DNA of 64,000 nt, from the NCBI GenBank assembly GCA_964016885.1, contig OZ024755.1, forward strand, positions 11,408,001 through 11,472,000. The letters run 5' to 3'. This document shows positions 1-17,048 of the stretch, piece after piece (position 1 is the first letter of the stretch; each line of letters opens with the position of its first letter). Position numbers and translations under genes: made by a program. The DNA is from Eledone cirrhosa. Lineage: Eukaryota. The notes under the pieces were generated by a model. It made no database searches, was not told the DNA's origin, and worked only from the letters and a program-made list of their open reading frames with translations.

Positions 1-330
1 TGCCAAAACTAGAGACAATTATTTCATTATTAGAAATTATTTCTGTATAAAAGAGTTTAAATGACATTCATCACTATTTTCCAATAGTTTCAGACAATGC
101 AAAGTGGAACCAAGGAGAATGCCTGATAGAGATAGCGTGGTCGTTGCAAAATCTGTAATATAACAGCGATATTTTCTTAATATTGATTTCATATAATTCT
201 GGTCGCATTATATTATTATATAGGTTTCCTAAAAGAAATTAGTTTAATTCACAGAACACCTTCATATTCCATAGAGCATCCCTTAATTCCACACGATGCA
301 GGTAATACATCACACACACACACACACATT

Positions 331-3478
<3,148 letters not shown>

Positions 3479-3594
3479 ATGTGTGAATAAATGCTTTGAT
3501 ATTTTACTCATATTTTCTCTAAAAAAAAAAATACACGAATAATAACAAAGGAATAATAAAGAAAGTTTCGCACGATTCAACTTCAAAAGAAATG

Positions 3595-3648
<54 letters not shown>

Positions 3649-4393
3649 TAATACATATGCGTAGCACATACATACACACGATTTGATGTGAGCTGGCAAA
3701 GATAAAAATTCCCCCATGTACTTTCTTTCTTTCTCCATGCTGAGTTCAAATCCAGCTGGATTTCACCTTCCCTTTCATCCACCCAGTGATTGCTGAATAA
3801 ATGAAAGCCTTTAATATACAGGGGAATATATCCAATCTTCAGTACAGCTGTTATTCTAAACCTTTAGTTACTTACCACGTATAAAACTTCAATTTGTTTA
3901 ACACACACTCATGTAAATACACAGCTATGCACAAATACACATACACACACAAAAAAAAAAAATCAGTTATATTTCAATGAAGGTATTTTAACCTAATTCT
4001 TGCGCATCAATCTAACTATTTGAGTTGATTGAAAAATAATTGATCATGTAGAAAAGAAAAACATCTCATAAAACGACTTTAATCATGATTCTGTGGCCGA
4101 CGACACTACCATGAAAAAAACATTTAGCGACATTTGGGCAACAATAACGAAGATAGCAGCACATTCACATCTTTTTTGGTAACAGAAATTATTGATGATT
4201 CTGTAAATATTGTTAATAACAATAGAAATATATATGTCTTCACTCTTACCCACGTATTTTTTATATAACTTTCTTTAATCCACTTCACACGTTTTACAAT
4301 TGTTGTGTAAACGTTGTTGTATAAAAGTGGTTTGGTGACAACAATGAAGATATTTTCATAATTATTAACTAAATATCTAATATAAATATATAT

Positions 4394-4530
4394 ATATAGA
4401 TGAGATTCTAAAGAATGAAACAGTTCTAGTCCTGTAGAATCTCATCTATATTAAAACTTTTATACTCTGCAATGTATTGAGTACCTTACTTACTGTGGTT
4501 ACCTCCGATTCAACTCGGAATAACGTACCT
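4394..4530 (+). mobile_element. Truncated PLE-like terminal fragment with 3' half of a hammerhead (family B)
   Basis: GAAACAGTTCTAGTCCTGTAGAA is identical to the HHR at 47291-47313. The tail GTATTGAGTACCTTAC..TGTGG matches the reverse complement of 47141-47220. Short fold-back ATAGATGAGATTCT/AGAATCTCATCTAT; flanked by TA tracts. Confidence 0.65.
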
Positions 4531-4586
4531 ATATAAATATATATATAAATATATATATATATAAATAAATATATATATATATAAAT

Positions 4587-4639
<53 letters not shown>

Positions 4640-4817
4640 TATATATATATAAATATAAATATATAAATATATATATATATATAAATATATAAATATATAT
4701 ATAAATATATAAATATATATATAAATATATAAATATATATATATATAAATATATAAATATATATATATATAAATATAAATATATAAATATATATAAATAT
4801 ATATAAATATATAAATT

Positions 4818-4850
<33 letters not shown>

Positions 4851-4880
4851 AAATAAATATATATATAAATATATATATAA

Positions 4881-4911
<31 letters not shown>

Positions 4912-5126
4912 AATATAAATATATATATATAAATATAAATATATATATATAAATATATATAATATTAAGGATACTATTTATGGTTATGCATATACTAAAA
5001 CTTTTTATAGTTATATATATTTTAAACCCTAAACAGTGAAGGTCAGTAATTTATTACTACCTTATTACCAGTAAGATAAATAGCTCAATGTAATAACATC
5101 AGTTGTTTTACTGAGCAGTTATATAG

Positions 5127-5792
5127 AATTCACAAGAATCAAAGCTATGTTCAAAGCATTTATTCACTTACAATTGTTTCATCCAAACCTACGCTTGGTG
5201 TCTTCGGAGCATTTTTCAATGTTTGTACACATAATTGACCTCCTTTCCAACGCAAGAGACATTATTTTTATTTTTATTTTTTATATTTATTTTTACTATT
5301 TTTCTTTTTCTTTTTCTGCACACACGCTTTTTTTTTTATTATATACAAAAAATACCTTGCCACGACAACCTCCATAATACTCTTACTTACCCGCTTAAAG
5401 TGCTTGTATTACATGTAACACCCTGCCACAATAATCATATATAAATGAGACACACGTGCATGCCCCACGTGTAACTAACGCATACACTACTACATCTGAC
5501 TAACAAACTATCCTCTTGCATTATCTATGTTAACTGCCATATATTTTAATTTTGTTTTAATTTTAATTTTGATTTTGAATTTGAATTGCTATACAGAAAT
5601 AATATAATATAATATATGTCACTCCACTGTACATCAATATATACATATGTATCTGTATGTCTCTTGCGTTGGAAAGGAGGTCAATTATGTGTACAAACAT
5701 TGAAAAATGCTCCGAAGACTCCAAGCCTAGGTTTGGATGAAACAATTGTAAGTGAATAAATGCTTTGAAAATAGCTTTGATTCTTGTGAATT
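5127..5792. mobile_element. Inverted-repeat element (arms 5127-5262 and 5657-5792), each arm with a minimal HHR; PLE pLTR-like
   Basis: ~136-bp arms that are near-perfect reverse complements, followed directly by a TA/TAAA tract. HHR-like motif in each arm. Confidence 0.75.
5708..5754 (+). ncRNA. Minimal type I hammerhead-like motif (U4C core variant); mirror copy at 5165-5211 on - strand
   Basis: TGCT-CCGAAGA-c-TCCAAGC(ctag)GTTTGGA-t-GAAA-CAATTG-TA-AGTG. 7-bp stem II, palindromic ACAATTGT stem III, GUA cleavage triplet, weak stem I. Core reads CCGAAGA rather than CUGAAGA. Confidence 0.55.
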
Positions 5793-5952
5793 ATATATAT
5801 ATATAAATATATATAAATATATATAAATATAAATAAATATATATAAATATATATAAATATAAATAAATATATATATATATATATAAATATAAATATATAT
5901 ATAAATATATATATAAATAAATATATATATAAATAAATATATATATAAATAA

Positions 5953-6027
<75 letters not shown>

Positions 6028-6048
6028 TATATATATATATATAAATAA

Positions 6049-6079
<31 letters not shown>

Positions 6080-6108
6080 AATAAATATATATATATATAT
6101 ATAAATAA

Positions 6109-6155
<47 letters not shown>

Positions 6156-6163
6156 TCCAAATG

Positions 6164-6213
<50 letters not shown>

Positions 6214-6984
6214 TTTATATAAATATACACACGCACACATCCAAATATCTAATATATATATAAAGGCAAACACAGAGATACAAATAAATTAATGTTATCA
6301 GGTTCACGCTTAGATGAAAGGTAGATAAAATAGACCAACGCATCGGGTGTTAGCCCTTCGGCAGGATATATAGTTTAAAGATGGAGAAAAAAATATTGCT
6401 AAAACAGCATGCAACTTAGGTAGACAAGCTAATTTTGAGATGGAAGAAAGTCAGTTACAGTCGTCATGGCAACAAAACAAAACGCGTATATGTGCTGATG
6501 TTTGTGTGTTGGAGTAAAAGCGGCTAAGAAGAATTTTCACGCTCCAAATAGGAAGAATTGCAAATATAGAAATGACTACTACCCCACCAGGGATCGAACA
6601 CCCTAACGGCTAAGCTGTTTCCATAGACACAAAGGACACACATATTCGTGTAAAATGGGTTAAAAAGAAGAATCTTCACGCTCCATATAAGATGTAGAGC
6701 TAAGACGAGTATGAGTGAAAGTCGGCGCCGTTCCTTGCCTTGTCTTCACATCATCCGTAAAGATGAGAGTGTGAAAATATATGAAGAATTACAATATATG
6801 ACGTCCCTATTGTTGGAGTGAAAGAGGGGGTGGGGTGGAAGTCGGTGAGAGTGAAAGAAGAGAAAAGGGAAAAGGATTCGGTAAGCGCGAGAGAGGGGGT
6901 AGTGAGAGTGGGGGAAGAGTGGAAGAAATAGAGATGAGAGAAACAAATGGTGGTGGTGAAGGAGGTCAAACAACGAATGAAGAT

Positions 6985-7002
<18 letters not shown>

Positions 7003-7054
<52 letters not shown>

Positions 7055-7333
7055 GCGAGAGAGAGAGAGAGAGAGAGAGAGAAGAAAAAGAGAGAGAGAT
7101 AGGGAGAGAAGAAAGAGGGAGAGAGATAGGGAGAGAAGAAAGAGAGAGAGAGAGATAGGGAGAGAAGAAAGAGAGAGAGAGAGAGATAGGCAGAGAAGAA
7201 AGAGAGAGAGATAGGGAGAGAAGAAAGAGAGAGATAGGGAGAGAAGAGAGAGAGAGAGAAGAAAAAGAGAGATAGGGAGAGAAAAAGAGAGATAGGGAGA
7301 GAGAGATAGGGAGAGCGAGAGAGAGAGAGAGAG
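7003..7333. repeat. (GA)n purine tract with GATAGGGAGAGAAGAAA subunits
   Basis: Direct reading. Confidence 0.9.
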
Positions 7334-7662
7334 TAAAAAGAATACTCTGCTACTCAAATGTGTTTGTGTTAGTGTATATATATATATATATGTCATTACA
7401 TATCTGTATGTCATTACATATGTACGCGTGTCTACCCACTGGAACATTCCGCTCTGAATATGACTTCTTCGTACTTTTTATATTCTACTTGGTGATTTAA
7501 TGTCTTGTTTCAATGACTAACTAGAGCATTGTTGATTTATATATACTTTCATATAACATTTAGTAAAGTAGAAGCAATGAATGTATGTGTGCATACTCTC
7601 TCTGTGTATACATACATACATACATAGATACATACATACACATATTATATATATATATATAT

Positions 7663-7893
<231 letters not shown>

Positions 7894-7910
7894 TATATAT
7901 ATATATATAT

Positions 7911-7987
<77 letters not shown>

Positions 7988-8006
7988 TATATATACACAC
8001 ACAAAC

Positions 8007-8037
<31 letters not shown>

Positions 8038-8892
8038 AAAACACACACATATATATATATACACACACAAACACATATATATATATATACACACACACAC
8101 ACCACACACATATATATATATATATAAATCTCTCTCTATATATATTTCTATCTGTATGGCTAGCTGTCTATATTTGTCTATGTTTCTCTGTATAGTGGCT
8201 AACAAAAAGAGCAAAGATCAATCAACGAAAGTTGTTCACGTTCTTTCGTCGCTCAGACTGACTCTCTGAAGTGTGGAATCACAGATGAATGCCACCTCAT
8301 GGTCCTAGTGGCACAACATTGAATAGGCGTCACCCCAGAGGTTAGAGAGGAAGATATACTGAAAGAGCTAATCCACCTTAGGGGAATCGTTCTTCCGGTT
8401 GGCCAACTCCCTTCCGGTCTCAGTAAGTAGAGAGGTGGTTCAGGTGCACTTTGCATAGATGTACGTCTTTGGAAGGACGGTGGAGAGTGCAAGAAGAGAC
8501 AACCTTAGATCAGTATCACATTCTCACAGTCTTAGTTATAGCGAAAACTTAAGAACTTATCTATATCCTCCATCTCGGGTCGGTACCTGGGTGTATTGCA
8601 CATACCTTAATTAGGTACAAGTGCCTATGAAATGTTCAGCGACTTTCAAGTGTTCCGTTGATCAAACAACTGGATGATTCGTTTACGGAACCGAGGAGAT
8701 CCAACAACGGCAATACTAGTACAAATTACCAGTCAAGTACTGGGGAAGATATAATCGACTCTACCCTCCACCCTCGAGCCACGTGTTTAGGTTAAAAATT
8801 GTTTATTGTTATTGTTTCTCGAGTTGTGAAAATATCACTTGATGTGTTAAATAATTTTTTCCACATGATTAATTACGACAATGAATCCACTC

Positions 8893-8980
8893 ATAAGAGG
8901 GAGTGAAAGGGCAATAAGAGGGAGTGAAAGGGCAATAAGAGGGAGTGAAAGGGTAATAAGAGGGAGTGAGAGGGTAATAA
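8893..8980. repeat. 21-bp minisatellite x4 (AATAAGAGGGAGTGAAAGGGC) grading into a G/A tract to ~9290
   Basis: Direct reading. Confidence 0.85.
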
Positions 8981-9346
8981 GAAAGAAATAGAAAGGGGGA
9001 AAGAGAAAAGGGAGAAAGAGAAAGGGGGAAAGAGAAAAGGGGGAAAGAGAAAAGTGGGAAAGAGAAAAAGGGGGAAGTGAAAGGGGGAAAGAGAAAAAGG
9101 AGGGAAAGAGAAAAAGGAGGGAAAGAGAAAAAGGAGGGAAAGAGGGGAAAGGAGGGGAAAGGAGGGGAAAGGGGAGAAAGGGGGGAAAGGGGGAGAAAGA
9201 AGGGGGAAAGGGGGATGGGGGAGGATGGGGCAGAAGGGGGGTGGGGGGAGAAAGTGTGAAAAAGAAAGAATGAGAAAGAAAGAGTGAGGGATATACCAAA
9301 TTGTATTTATAAAAAAAAAAAAAAACGCTTTCATAACCTATACACA

Positions 9347-9408
<62 letters not shown>

Positions 9409-9675
9409 ACACATACACACCTGCGTGATGATAGACAACTCCGTCGGTTTCGACAATGAGCATTTTGTCGATCGATCAATCGATCGTATAATTTATAAAT
9501 TAGCGTGTAACTGGTTGAATATATTGGAAATGTCTCAAATGGTTACATAATGTAGTGTATATAAACTTGTAGATAAGTCATTGGATTACGGACGGAATAA
9601 GTAATATTACTGAACTATATTTGTATTATACAAAGCTATATTTGTGAAATATACAAAATGGTAGATTATATATAC

Positions 9676-9681
<6 letters not shown>

Positions 9682-9713
<32 letters not shown>

Positions 9714-9946
9714 TGGAGAAGCCGAGAGAGAGAGAGATATGGAGAAGCCGAGAGAGAGATATGGAGAAGCCGAGAGTGAGAGAGATATGGAGAAGCCGAG
9801 AGAGAGAGAGATATGGAGAAGCCGAGAGTGAGAGAGAGAGATATGGAGTAGCCGAGAGACATATGGAGAAGCCGAGAGTGAGAGAGAGAGATATGGAGAA
9901 GCCGAGAGTGAGAGAGAAAGATATGGAGAAGCAGAGGGAGAGAGAG
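9682..9946. repeat. Minisatellite (GA)n-TATGGAGAAGCC, ~8 variable-length units
   Basis: Direct reading. Confidence 0.88.
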
Positions 9947-10209
9947 CTAATTCCTTGTATGAAAGCATTTTAGAACATTCAGAAGATTACCACTTTGCCT
10001 CCCCACCTTACAATTGTCTGATAATTGTGATCCATGGATTTTGAATAAACATTTTTGAACGTTTTTTCGTGTTGTGTTCTTGAGCATAAATATGTTAAAT
10101 TATCACAAACACATATATAAATATAATAGGTTTCTACTTGTCTTCGCCCTAGTCAAACTTAAATTAACAGCAATCCCGGGCAAGGTTTTTAAGTCATACA
10201 TACACTGTT

Positions 10210-10250
<41 letters not shown>

Positions 10251-10289
10251 ATCACTTTACGGAACGTTGTTATACAAACACACACACAC

Positions 10290-10315
<26 letters not shown>

Positions 10316-10321
<6 letters not shown>

Positions 10322-10618
10322 AAATTGAGGTTGGTAATGGCACAGTCAATGAGCTGCTACCAAGATGAAAACTACTGTGAAATCCCACAATGAATTTTAT
10401 ACTTGAATTTTCAAATCTCAAATTTTAACTCTTCTTATTATTAATTTTTCTTAATATTAATCAACATTTGAAAAGATGGCTTTTGCAGACCCACCGAAAC
10501 CGGTCATTTTTTATACCCTTTATTATTTCCTTACCTTATAAAATTATATGTTTTTTCACAAAAAAGTATTCTGTCTCTTATATATTCCATGTGCCATTAC
10601 CAACCTCAATTTTCTCTA
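10316..10618. mobile_element. Probable PLE remnant with ~27-bp inverted repeat and degenerate HHR (GAAACCGGTC at ~10496-10505)
   Basis: AGAGAAAATTGAGGTTGGTAATGGCAC near 10317-10343 is the reverse complement of 10591-10617. No intact CTGANGA. Confidence 0.45.
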
Positions 10619-10648
10619 TAACCTTCGTTTTGTGTAGTAAATTACACT

Positions 10649-10710
<62 letters not shown>

Positions 10711-10714
<4 letters not shown>

Positions 10715-10880
10715 GTTTCTACTTTAGGCACAAGGCTAGCAATTACCCAGTGCATTACTGGTACTTTATTTTATCGACCCCGTAAGGATGAAAGGCAAAG
10801 TCAACCTCGGCGGGGTTTGAACTCAGATCGTAAAGGGACGTAACTATGGTGGAAAGCATGGCGTCCGACCCTCTACCGAT
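10711..10880 (-). mobile_element. Young tRNA-derived SINE (family S1)
   Basis: Reverse complement of GAGTTCAAATCCCGCCGAGGTTAACTTTGCCTTTCATCCTTACGGGGTCGATAAAATAAAGTACCAG..AGAAACAATT. B-box-like GAGTTCAAATCC; many near-identical copies in the window. Confidence 0.88.
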
Positions 10881-10998
10881 AATACGGAGCATTGAGCAAG
10901 CAAATTTGAATTTTGAAAGTATGTCAGATCGTGGTTCATAAATGTCTAACCTGTTCGATTATTTAATAGTAAACATGTTAACTATATACATACACATA

Positions 10999-11049
<51 letters not shown>

Positions 11050-11464
11050 TAGACCTACATACATATATCTATATGTACATACATATATGTATGTATATAT
11101 ATGAGTGTGTGAGTGTGTGTATGTTTGAGACAAATGCGTATATAGTGATATATATATATATATGTATCTGTATGTATGAAGGTAAATGTATGTATACTTC
11201 ACACAGAAAATAATGTATACAATGGGCAATACAGAGAGACAGACACACACATGAAATAAAATAGCAAACTAAGCTATGGCTTCAAAGTTTCTGCCAAACA
11301 GGAATGTGGCATAGTTAAGTGCAAAGACGAATATAATTAATTTTTGCGTTACCGGGATTTTCTGTTAAACGGTCATAGCTCTACGTTAAGGTTGTTGTCA
11401 CATCATGGATAAGAACCATAATGTATTGAGGCATTCGTATTTGTAAAAGCAGCGGGGGTATATA

Positions 11465-11565
11465 CAGGCTGTCCGGCAAAAATGTATACACACTCTGATT
11501 ACCTGCACAGACAATATTTATTAAAATGCTGTTGATGTGTGCATACATTTTGGGGGGACATCCTG
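11465..11565. mobile_element. Tc1/mariner-type MITE (~100 bp)
   Basis: TA-CAGGCTGTCCGGCAAAAATGTATACACAC ... GTGTGCATACATTTTGGGGGGACATCCTG: imperfect ~30-bp TIRs with a CAGG terminus. The right TA is mutated. Confidence 0.65.
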
Positions 11566-11879
11566 TTTATTAAGAAAATGGTAGACAGAGATAAAGGAGC
11601 GCGAGAAAGACCCAGAAGGAATGTGAAAGAGAAAGTATGTGATTGCAATCTTACTGGGGTATTTGGTTTTGGCTACATCTCTTCTGAAATAGAATTTTTC
11701 GAGAGACGCCGTATGAAAGCAAACACACATCTGTTTAGTAAATTGTCATTGATCTATAATCTTTAGTGAAGACCTACCATGACCTAACGGTGGTTAAGAT
11801 GCTCACCTCACAACCACGAGGTTCCGAGTTCGATGTTACTGGGTAGCATCTTGAACAAGTGTCTTCATCAATATATATA

Positions 11880-12307
11880 TGTATACGCTAGTAGAATGGC
11901 CCGGCGTTGCTCGGGATTCTAAACATAGATTGGTATGTTTATCCCTCCTTTCTGAAACACTTTCGTCGTTCACCAATCGATGCAGAAGACCTAATAAAAA
12001 GTGAAGTCGCCTTAGATGAATTCGCAAATAATTTTCCATTAAGATTTTTCAAAAGCATGTAATTGCGTTCCCTCCCTTTTTTTGTCGTTGTTTTTGCTGC
12101 TGTCGAGCAAATAAATAGGTTTGTTTATATTTTTTATTGTGTATGCAAAAATATCTGTACACGAATTTATAATTATATATATATATTAAAATAACAGATT
12201 AAAGTTTAAGCGAAGAATCGCTGCTTTCACCCTTAACGGGATCTTCTGAAACAAAAAAAAAAACAATCTGTGAACGCAGAAGTAAATATTTCGAAAAACG
12301 TTACACA

Positions 12308-12364
<57 letters not shown>

Positions 12365-12688
12365 CACATACACTATATATACATATATATATACACACAC
12401 ACAGATAGTGTCATAATGTCGTAATGCAGACAGCCATATATTATAAGGGCGCGATATTGTAGCTATGTATCTATCTAAAAAGACAGACTAAGAAAGACAG
12501 AGAGAGAGAGATCGTTAAACGGTGCCTAATGCGGTCCCTAGGGCATTGAAAATTTGAAATATCTTTTGCTCAAAACACTCACACGACCATAGGTATTACA
12601 TGTGTAAAGTTTGAAAAAATTCGGTTGGGTGGTTCTCGAGTTTTAGAGAGACAGATAGACGGACATTCTCTGTTTTAGATATATAGAT
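11880..12688 (+). mobile_element. Probable non-autonomous Helitron/Helentron-type element
   Basis: One end has CTAGTAGAATGGCCCGGCGTTGCTCGGG (hairpin). The other has AAAGTTTGAA..TTCGGTTGGGTGGTTCTCGAGTT..ACAGATAGAC..TATAGAT. This resembles Lep1/HINE-like rolling-circle elements (recall). Interior and boundaries are uncertain. Confidence 0.5.
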
Positions 12689-12840
12689 ATATATATATAA
12701 ACGTTGATCTATAATGTTTAGTGAGAATCTAACATTGTCGAACGTTAGTTAAGCCGTCCGCTTCAAATTGCGAGGTTGCAGTGTTCGGTATTACTGAGTG
12801 GCATGTTAGGTAAATGTGTTCAATTATATATATATATATA

Positions 12841-13069
12841 TGAGAGAGAGTGAGAGAGAAAGAGAGAGAGTGAGAGTGAGAGAGAAAGAGAGAGAGAGAG
12901 TGAGAGAGAGTGAGAGTGAGAGAGAGAGAGAAAAAGAGAGAGTGAGAGTGAGAGAGAAAAAGAGAGAGTGAGAGTGAGAGAGAAAAAGAGAGAGTGAGAG
13001 AGAGAAAAAGAGAGAGTGAGAGAGAAAAAGAGAGTGAGAGTGAGAGAGAAAGAGAGAGAGAGAAAGAGA

Positions 13070-13103
<34 letters not shown>

Positions 13104-13165
13104 AAGAGAGAAAGAGAGAGAGTGAGTGAGAGAGAGTGAGTGAGAGAGAGTGAGTGAGAGAGAGG
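12841..13165. repeat. (GA)n/(GAGT)n tract
   Basis: Direct reading. Confidence 0.9.
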
Positions 13166-14850
13166 AGTGTGTGTTGGTATTATTGTTAGATCGTGTTGTG
13201 ATGAAACACCTCGGTTAGATTTGAACTCAGAACGCAGTGTCAGAGAAAATAAATGTCGCAATGCATTTATCAGCCTTTCTAAAAAGTGATACAGAGACAG
13301 ACAGGGTTACAGAAAGAGATGAGTCGAATCTAGTACTTAACTAGTACTTTATTTATCGAGCCTGTGAGTATGAAAAGACAAACGTTTCCTCGGTTATATT
13401 GGAACTCATAGCGTAGCGAGTCAGAAGAGATGTCGCAATGCAGTCCATCAGACATAAATGCAGCTTAGAGCGCTGATCTGCAATAAATGTATAATTAATG
13501 CAGGTCCGTGATGAAAGTATTCTATTGTTTTCCTGTTACCAGCTGATCCTGTATTAATATATACATGAGGCGTCATAACACCTGTATTAATTGTTACTAA
13601 GGTACCTGGCAACATGACTGGATAGCTAAGAACATCGCTTGGCAATATAGAAGTTCCCGAGTTCTTCTTTAGTCAGGGTTTTATCAATAATTTGTGAATT
13701 ACATAAATTCAAAGAGATGGACCTTTAAATTTATAGGCACACCGGATTTTTCCCAGGTGAGTGGACTGGAGCAACGTGAAATCAATTTTTTTGCTCAAGG
13801 ACACTACGCTTCGAGGTTAATTGAACTCACGTCCGTACGAATATGAGCCGAACATCATGATCTTTAAGCCATGTACCTTCACACAAACGAAGGATGAAAG
13901 CCGATCGTAAAATAATTCCAAGGAAACAATGTTTCCATTGGTCTCTCCACACCTGATACTACCTGTGGGTCGCATCTCCCTGAAGGAGAAGGTGGGATTT
14001 GAACTCGGAATGCATAAAGCCGAATCAGATATCGCAAAGAAGAAAGCATCCCGTCCAAGCCTATATCAAATCCACCAATCCACTGGACATTCTAGACTGC
14101 TAGTTAATTTATCACCGAAAGATGAAGAGCAAATGTGACTTGAGCGAGATTTGAAAACAGTGCAGCGTGCCAGAACAAATACCAAGGCGTCCAAGACGAC
14201 GTTTGTTAGGTTAGATATTAAACAAGGCAGATGAGGTGCTTTTAAGTAAGTTCACCAATCAACTGAAATCCTGGACTGTGGTTTTATTTATCAACCTCGA
14301 AAGAAAGAATGTCAACGTTGATCCCGGCTGTATTTGAACATAGAGTACAAAGAGTCGGATTAAATACCGAGGCTTTTAATCCGGCACTCTAACGTCCCAT
14401 TTAACTAATACTAACACAAATACACACACAGGCACACACATATATATATACATATAAATGAGACTCCAAACCGGTACGCAGACCCAGTTATACAAATACA
14501 AATATCGTACATTGAAATTCGGGTATATTTATACACCCTGCTTTAATTTTCTGCATATGTTGGATGAACGTTCTAATTAAAATCTGTCTAATTTGGGAAG
14601 TAATTGTTTTCTCATCTAAATTACAGTCATTAATTAATTGCTTGCTTAAGTTTCACAAACAATGTCGTATTTGCTGTATTTCTCCACTAGAAACTGTTCG
14701 TTTCGATAACGGCAATCACTGGAATATTTTCAAAGTTGCATTTTAATGTAACGGATGCAATATGTACAACTATATAAATAGAACAAACTGTGAGTACGTG
14801 TGTGTGTGTAAACTATGTCAATAAAGTAGTCTATGCATGTGTGTATGTAT

Positions 14851-14883
<33 letters not shown>

Positions 14884-14913
14884 TATATATATATATATAT
14901 ATTATATATATAC

Positions 14914-14960
<47 letters not shown>

Positions 14961-15093
14961 CATATATTATATATATATATATATATATACATATATTATA
15001 TATACATATATTATATATACATATATTATATATACATATATTATATATATATATACATATATATATATATACATATATTATATATACATATAT

Positions 15094-15125
<32 letters not shown>

Positions 15126-15198
15126 CACATATATTATATACAGAGTAAAAGAGAAGGAAGGCGTGTGTATGTATATATGTATATATATATATATATAT

Positions 15199-15379
15199 AA
15201 CGAAGGAATTGTGGTAAGGAACCAGATGGACCATAACGCACCAGAGTACTCAATACTTAGGGTAGTAGAGTGGGTAATAGGAACAAGTATGATCCCGAAG
15301 GCAGAGCTCAAGCCGTTTCGACGGCTATTTCTGCACTCATCGAAGCGGCTTGAGCTCTGCCGCCGGGGTCATACTTGTT

Positions 15380-15382
<3 letters not shown>
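15199..15382 (-). mobile_element. Family A PLE-like element, copy 2, with fold-back head
   Basis: Minus strand reads ..ATGAGTGCAGAAATAGCCGTCGAAACGGCTTGAGCTCTGCCTTCGGGATC.. followed by the tail. Inverted duplicate of the HHR 3' half at 15341-15382; TA on both sides. Confidence 0.75.
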
Positions 15383-15430
<48 letters not shown>

Positions 15431-16169
15431 ATATCAAAGTATATTGAAGTCTGTAGAATAAAATGTTTATAAATGTTTCTGTTAACCAGTCATAACTTCA
15501 GTTTCGAAACCTTTCCATGCCGGGCCAACAAAAACTATACAATTGGTTCGTTCTGTTACTGTTGGCCACTATGAACACAAGAGACTCCTAAGATAAAGTT
15601 TCCACCCAGAAAATGGTTCAGAAAACGAATAATTTTGTGGTTTTATTTCCATCTGACGATTGGAATAGAACTATTAAAGCGCTTTGCATGCCTCACATAT
15701 CATGAAGCGCGCGCACAGAGAGAGAGAAAGATGTTTGCTGTTATTTCAAACAGGCTATCAAAACGGCACCAGTACTACCGGAAATATTGTGGCATTGATA
15801 AGGCGTTTTATTCTCTTTTGCTTTTGGTTGTTTTTAAGTAAGAAGAAAGTAGTTGAGAAACGGTATCTCTTATCTAATCTCTCTCTCTCTCTCTCTCTAT
15901 TTGTCCGTCTGTCTATCTGTTAGGGGTGAAGGTGAATTATTACAAAGTTAATGTAAAGTTATCTATTCAAACCATTTTATTACAAGTAGAATATAGAATG
16001 TGATCCAAATTCTATATATGTCACTATCATTTCCTTCTCGCAAAGAAAATGAGAGGCTGTTATGTTCGTGTTTTTCTCAGCCGTATTTAGAACGTTACGT
16101 CAAATATTATATATAAACCTTCATCATAATCTAATATAAGAACCTTTGTTAAGTTCTAAACTCCATCTT

Positions 16170-16365
16170 AATAATGGTTTCTGAATTAGACACAAGGTCA
16201 ATAATTTATGGGGAAGGGGATATCGAATAAATCGATCCCAGTGTGTTATTGGTACTTTATTTTGTCGACCTCTTAAGGATAAAAGGCAAAGCTAACTTCG
16301 TTGGGATTTGAACTCAGAACGTAAACGGCCATAATTATGCTGCAAAGCATGCTATCCCTAACCCT
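16170..16365 (-). mobile_element. Diverged S1-related SINE
   Basis: GGTACTTTATTTTGTCGACC..AAGGATAAAAGGCAAAG..GGATTTGAACTCAG. Confidence 0.75.
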
Positions 16366-16863
16366 AATTATTAATTACTTAAAACATTGATATTGGCTTT
16401 CTTTAGAAATATGGTAACGAAAGGGTTAATATATTTCTACAACATTCTCGTCATATAACCAAAGAAACTGAAACCTGTGTAGTCTCGGAACAGAAGTGCA
16501 GCTAATGACACTATATTTGGGGAACTTAAAAACGCCTACTAATTAATTAATTCTGTAATTGAAATAAGAAAATATTTACCATTCCCCATCCCTCAAAAAT
16601 AAAATTAGAAATATTTTAATTACAATTTTCACATAGCGAATAGAAAAGCGCTGTTTAGAAATGTACCCAAATTACAGGAGGTGACCTTGAACTAAACAAT
16701 AACGACTTATTTGTTTTTTGAGCTGCTGAAACCATAAATCAAACTTAGAGGATTTCGAACTGCGCCCACAGAAACTAAAATGATAAACCATTTAATACAA
16801 TAATCAATGTATTTTCGACAACTAACCCATGTTGGCCATAGTGCAATATCATATAATTATGTA

Positions 16864-17048
16864 CGAGAGTCGGCTGAGAAATTCATAGGCTGACAATGAA
16901 GTATTGATGCTAGAACTGTGAAATCTTGCATGCATTAATTTCAACTCTTCTTATTAATAACTGCATTGTATTTTTTTTCCAGGGACTATGTTGAAAAATA
17001 AACCTCAATTGGTCATTCCATGAGAGTATCGTGTTCAGCCGACCCTCG
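16864..17048. mobile_element. Mariner-type MITE with TA target duplication
   Basis: TA|CGAGAGTCGGCTGA ... TCAGCCGACCCTCG|TA: terminal inverted repeats with 1 mismatch in 14, no ORF. Confidence 0.85.

Noticed and set aside
88-160. Possible short exon after TTTTCCAATAG
   Set aside because: Short, with no recognisable protein similarity or convincing donor site.
8253-8510. GC-richer segment; + frame gives IGVTPEVREEDILKEL, vaguely like a retroelement ORF1
   Set aside because: Multiple stops and no diagnostic motif; cannot be assigned.
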